DNA of 64,000 nucleotides from Octopus vulgaris (Eukaryota): NCBI GenBank assembly GCA_951406725.2, contig OX597831.1, positions 76,756,001 to 76,820,000 of the forward strand, read 5' to 3'. Shown piece by piece: positions 55,729 to 64,000 of this stretch (position 1 is its first letter; each line of letters starts with the position of its first letter). The notes under the pieces were generated by a model. It saw only the letters and a program-made list of their open reading frames with translations, ran no database searches and was not told where the DNA came from. The position numbers and the translations under genes were made by a program.

Positions 55729-57883
55729 CTAAAATGAATATATACAACGGAAACATGGTGAGTAATAAGAAAAATACAGGAGTTTGATGCACGTAGACAA
55801 CAGGCTCTTTGTGTAAGGACTATGTGATAAAAGTGTCGGTTTAGGCGAGCTGGCAGAAACGTCAGCACGCCGGGCGAAATGCTTTGCGGTATTTCGTCTG
55901 CCGTTACGTTCTGAGTTCAAATTCCGCCAAGGTCGACTTTGCTTTTCATCCTTTTGGGGTCGATTAAATAAATACCTATTTCTTTACTACCCACAAGGGG
56001 CTAAACACAGTTAACAATAAATACCAGTTACGCACTGGGGTCGATGTAATCGACTTAATCCGTTTGTCTGTCCTTGTTTGTCCTCTCTGTGTGTAGTCCC
56101 TTGTGGATAGTAAAGAAATAAGTATTTCGTCTGCCGTTACGTTCATAGTTCAAATAACGCCGAGGTCGACTTTGCCTTTTATCCTTTCGGGGTCGATAGA
56201 TCAAGTAGCAGTTACGCACTGGGGTCGATATAATCGACTTGATCCGTTGTCGATTTGATCCCTCTGTGTTTTAGCCCCCTGCGGGTAGTAAAGAAATAAG
56301 AAAAGTTAGCACGCAGGTGGAAAGGCTTAACGGTATTTCGTCTGTAGTTATGTTCGAAGTTCAAATTCCGCCGAGGTCGACTTTGTCATTCATCATTCGT
56401 GGTCGATAAATTAAGTAGCAGTTTCGTACTGGGGCGATGTTATCGACTGGTCCCTCCCCCAATATTGCGGGCCTTGTGCCTAGATTTAAAAAGTTTAAAG
56501 GCGGCGAGCTGGCAGAAACGCTGGGCGAAATGCTTAGTGGTATTTCGTCTGCCGCTACGTTTTGAGTTCAAATTCCGCCGAGGTCAACTTTGCCTTTCAC
56601 CTTTCGGGGTCGATTAAATAAGTACCATTTACGCACTGGGGTCGATATAATCGACTTAATCCGTTTGTCTGTCCTTGTTTGTCCACTCTGTGTGTAGCCC
56701 CTTGTGGGTAGTAAAGAAATAGGTATTTCGTCTGCTGTTAGGTTCTGAGTTCAAATTCCGCCAAGGTTGACGTTGCCTTTTATACTTTCGGGGTCGATTA
56801 AATACGCACCAGTTACGCACTGGGGTCGATGTAATCGACTGAATGTATTTGTCTGTCCTCTTTTGCCCCCTCTCTGTTTAGCCCCCTGTGGGCAACAAAG
56901 AAATAAATATATAGGTGTAGGCATGGCCATCTGTTATGCAGCTTGTTGCATGATCTCTGGGGTTAGTTCCACTGCGTGGCACGTTGGGCAAGTGTCTTCC
57001 ACTAAAGCCCTGATCCGATTGAAGTGCGTTTGGTGGAACTGAAAGAAACCAGTCATAAATAGTTATTATATAATGACTCTGTGTGTGTGTGTGTGTGTGT
57101 GTTTGTGTGTGTGTGTATATATGTATGAATGTACGTTCGTGTGTATGTATGTATGTATGTATGTGTGTATATTTGTGTGTATATGTTTGCCCTCAACATC
57201 ATTCGACAACTGATGCTGGTGTGTTTACGTCCCCGTAACCTAGCGGTTCGGCACAAGACACCAATAGAATAAGTAATAGGCTTACAAAGAATAATTCCTG
57301 GGATCGATTTACTGGACTAAATGCGGTGCTCCAGTTTGGTCACAGTCAAAATGACTGAAACAAATGAAAGAAAAAAGAATATATATGTATGTGTGTGTGT
57401 GTTTGTGTGTTTGTGTGTATGTATCATTTTGTTTGTGTTGTATTTGTCCCCGACGACAACTGGTGTTGGCTTGATTACAAGCCAACTTAGCGGTTCGGCA
57501 GAAAGATTTAAAAAAGATGCCGTCGATCTTTTCGACAATGCGTTTCAAGGTGATGCCCCAGGCTGGTCGTAGCCCAGTGACTGAAAGAGGTAAAAGTTAA
57601 GCAGAGAAACAGATGTCGAATACTAAAAATAGAAATTTCCGCACCAGAGAGAGGGGGGAGGAGAGTGATTGTGGAAGAGAGAAAGAGTGACGATGGGAGA
57701 GAGAAAGAGAGAGAGAAAAGGAGAGAGAGAAGGATAGAGAGTGTGAGAAGGAGAGGGTGGCAGGGAGGGAGAGAGAGATAGTGGGATAGAAGGATAGGGA
57801 GAGGGAGGAGGATGAGAGAGGTTGAGAGGAAGAGAGAAGGAGAGTGAGAGAGAGAGAGAGAAAGAGACAGAAAACCTACTTAC

Positions 57884-58096
57884 CATGAAGAAAGGATTCA
57901 TGATATCAGGAAATCGTAAGATGGCTAAGTCCATCAAAGCTCTATGTTTTTTGTCCAAACCAATGAGAGCGTTAGAAGCGGTGATTTTTTCTCCCTTCGC
58001 AGCAAAATTTGCTAATTTGGTAATATTAATGTTCATCTCGTGCAAGATGTAATAGTTTCTTACTAGTCTCTCGAACCAAATCTCAATCATAAATGC
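57884..58096 (-). CDS. Gene X exon 4 (71 codons); exons 1-3 not found in the window
   Basis: ttccag acceptor and gtaagt donor, 213 nt, open: AFMIEIWFERL...DLAILRFPDIMNPFFM. Confidence 0.85.
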
Positions 58097-58260
58097 CTGG
58101 AAAGTAAGTTAACAACATAAGTATATATATTTGTATAAATATATATATATGTATAAATATATATATATATATATAATTTTTATGCCTATATATACACATA
58201 TTTATAATATATATATATATATTTATACATATATATATATATATATATATTCATATACAC

Positions 58261-58327
<67 letters not shown>

Positions 58328-58387
58328 TATATATATATAAATATATATATATTTATAAATATATATATATGTATATATATATATGTG

Positions 58388-58423
<36 letters not shown>

Positions 58424-59311
58424 AAATATATATATATATATGTATAAATATGTGTATATATAGGTATAAAAATTATATATAAAGAAACAAGAACGTGAAA
58501 TACACAAAGGGACGAACACAGAAGACAGACGGGTCATTCGAGCCTTTAATCTTCAGTCAGAAACCGGATCATCATAGCAAATTTCGGCTGATTAATTCTG
58601 ATATACATTTCTGTATTGCCCACAGGGGGCTAAACACAGATAGGACAAACAAGAACAGACTAAAGGATTAAGTCGATTACATCGACACCAGTGTGTAACT
58701 GGTACTTAGTTAATCGACCCCGAAAGGATGAAAGCAAAGTCGACCTCGGCGGAATTTGAACTGAGAACGTAACGGCAGACGAAATACCTATTTCATTACT
58801 ACCCACAAGGGGCTAAACACAGTCGGCGAGGTCGACTCTGCCTTTTCATCCTTTCGGGGTCGATAAATTAAGTACCAGTTACGCACTGGGGTCTATGTAA
58901 TTGTCTCAATCCGTTTGTCTGTCCTTGTTTGTCCCCTCTTTGTTTAGCCCCTTGTGGGTAGTAAAGAAACAGGTAACTCAGGTTTGAATCCTGGTCACGG
59001 CAACCTCCTTATAATTTTAGGCGCAGGAGTGATTGTGTGGTAAGAAGCTTGCTTCCCAAACACATGGATCTGGGTTCAGTCCCCCTGCGTGGCACCTTGG
59101 GCAAGCATCTTCTATTATAGCTTCGGGGATCCGACAAAAGCTTTGTGAGTGAAATTGGTAGGGGGAAACTGAAAGACGCCCATCGTATACACATACAGAC
59201 ACACACATATATGTATATATATATGTATGTACGTATATAATAATAATTTGAGGGAATATTATTCCAGACTTGAAGGGAAAAAATCAAATTTCACAAAATA
59301 TAATATATATA

Positions 59312-63076
<3,765 letters not shown>

Positions 63077-63342
63077 CACATATAAAATATTAAAAAAGGA
63101 AAATGCACAGACTCCAAGTAAAATATGGGCAAACATTTTTTTGAAGAAAATACGTATTTAAATAAATTTTAATGTGATGATTAGCGAAAGCGAAACGGCC
63201 GACAAACACAATGTAAAGTAAGTTAAAAAATATATTAAAACTATGTAAAGTGTGTACATTTTCCTTCTTCAAATTTTATATATATTACAAGTCACAACGC
63301 GGGGATAATCGAAATTTCTCCCTTTCTGTTACTGTGTGTGTG

Positions 63343-63373
<31 letters not shown>

Positions 63374-63460
63374 ATGTAGGTCCCGGGTTGAGTCGGGGTT
63401 AACCACAGTAAATAAGGTACTCAATACATAGCAGAGTAAATTAATTTATTTTATAGAAGG

Positions 63461-63511
63461 AGCTTCTACAGGACTAGAACTGTTTCATTCAAAAGAAATC
63501 ATCAGGAAGCT
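63461..63511 (-). ncRNA. Hammerhead-like motif with a stable stem III
   Basis: AGCUUC-CUGAUGA-UUUC(UUUU)GAAU-GAAA-CAG(loop)CUG-UA-GAAGCU. Confidence 0.6.
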
Positions 63512-63589
63512 AGGTGACAAGAATAGTTTTGGCATTTATACACTTAGGCAGGTTTAAGGGGTGGTGGTGGGGGACTTTTTTGGGGTAGG

Positions 63590-64000
63590 CATGGCGCAAA
63601 CTATCAATCTTAGGGGAGTGGTCAAAGGAATCAGTGATAAAGTAGATAAAAGAATAAATAGAATAATAGAGTTTACATACACATACCCACATACATCCAT
63701 ATACACATGTACATATGCACCCATTTACATACATCTACGTACTCACCCATACCCATACTCATACATACACACAAATATCTACACACATATATATGTAAAA
63801 TGAATATAGATATTTGTGTGTATGTATGAGTATGGGTATGGGTGAGTACGTAGATGTATGTAAAATGGGTGCATATGTACATGTGTATATGGATGTATGT
63901 GGGTATGTGTATGTAAACTCTATTATTCTATTTATTCTTTTATCTACTTTATCACTGATTCCTTTGACCACTCCCCTAAGATTGATAGGTTTGCGCCATG
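63590..64000. repeat. Near-perfect palindrome with arms of at least 190 bp, running off the window
   Basis: 63590-63782 is the reverse complement of 63806-64000. Confidence 0.9.

Larger units (their letters stand above)
55200..58130. repeat. Older segmental duplicate of about 21890-24810 (exons 4-5, SINE cluster, 3' flank)
   Basis: Colinear homology of exons, intronic SINEs and downstream flank. Confidence 0.85.

Overview
Eukaryotic, very AT-rich and microsatellite-dense genomic DNA. The SINE types, Penelope-like elements (PLEs) and microsatellite load look like a coleoid cephalopod, probably Octopus (inference). About three quarters of the window is repeats: PLE copies and derivatives, at least 15 hammerhead-ribozyme-like motifs (several with non-canonical cores), APE-type LINEs, two R4/Dong-like fragments in (TAA)n tracts, Tc1/mariner relics and tRNA-derived SINEs. 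The ORF track misses a minus-strand tandem array of a 5-exon gene family (intron phases 1,0,0,0) encoding secreted proteins of about 280-285 aa with signal peptides. Gene X has exons 4-5 in the window (58096-55537). Gene Y is complete but carries a +1 A in a homopolymer (37956-22223). Gene Z is intact, 285 aa (20379-10454). An orphan Y-type last exon lies at 9532-9353. Gene W is a recent duplicate of Z with exons 1-4 in the window (7143-1524). Recent duplicates show many more amino-acid changes than their near-identical flanks would predict. The C-terminal beta-rich pattern recalls Cyt/volvatoxin-type cytolysins, so this is a candidate undescribed toxin or defence family (hypothesis only). In gene W, exon 3 sits inside a roughly 500-bp fold-back inverted duplication. 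All coordinates and counts were made by eye.
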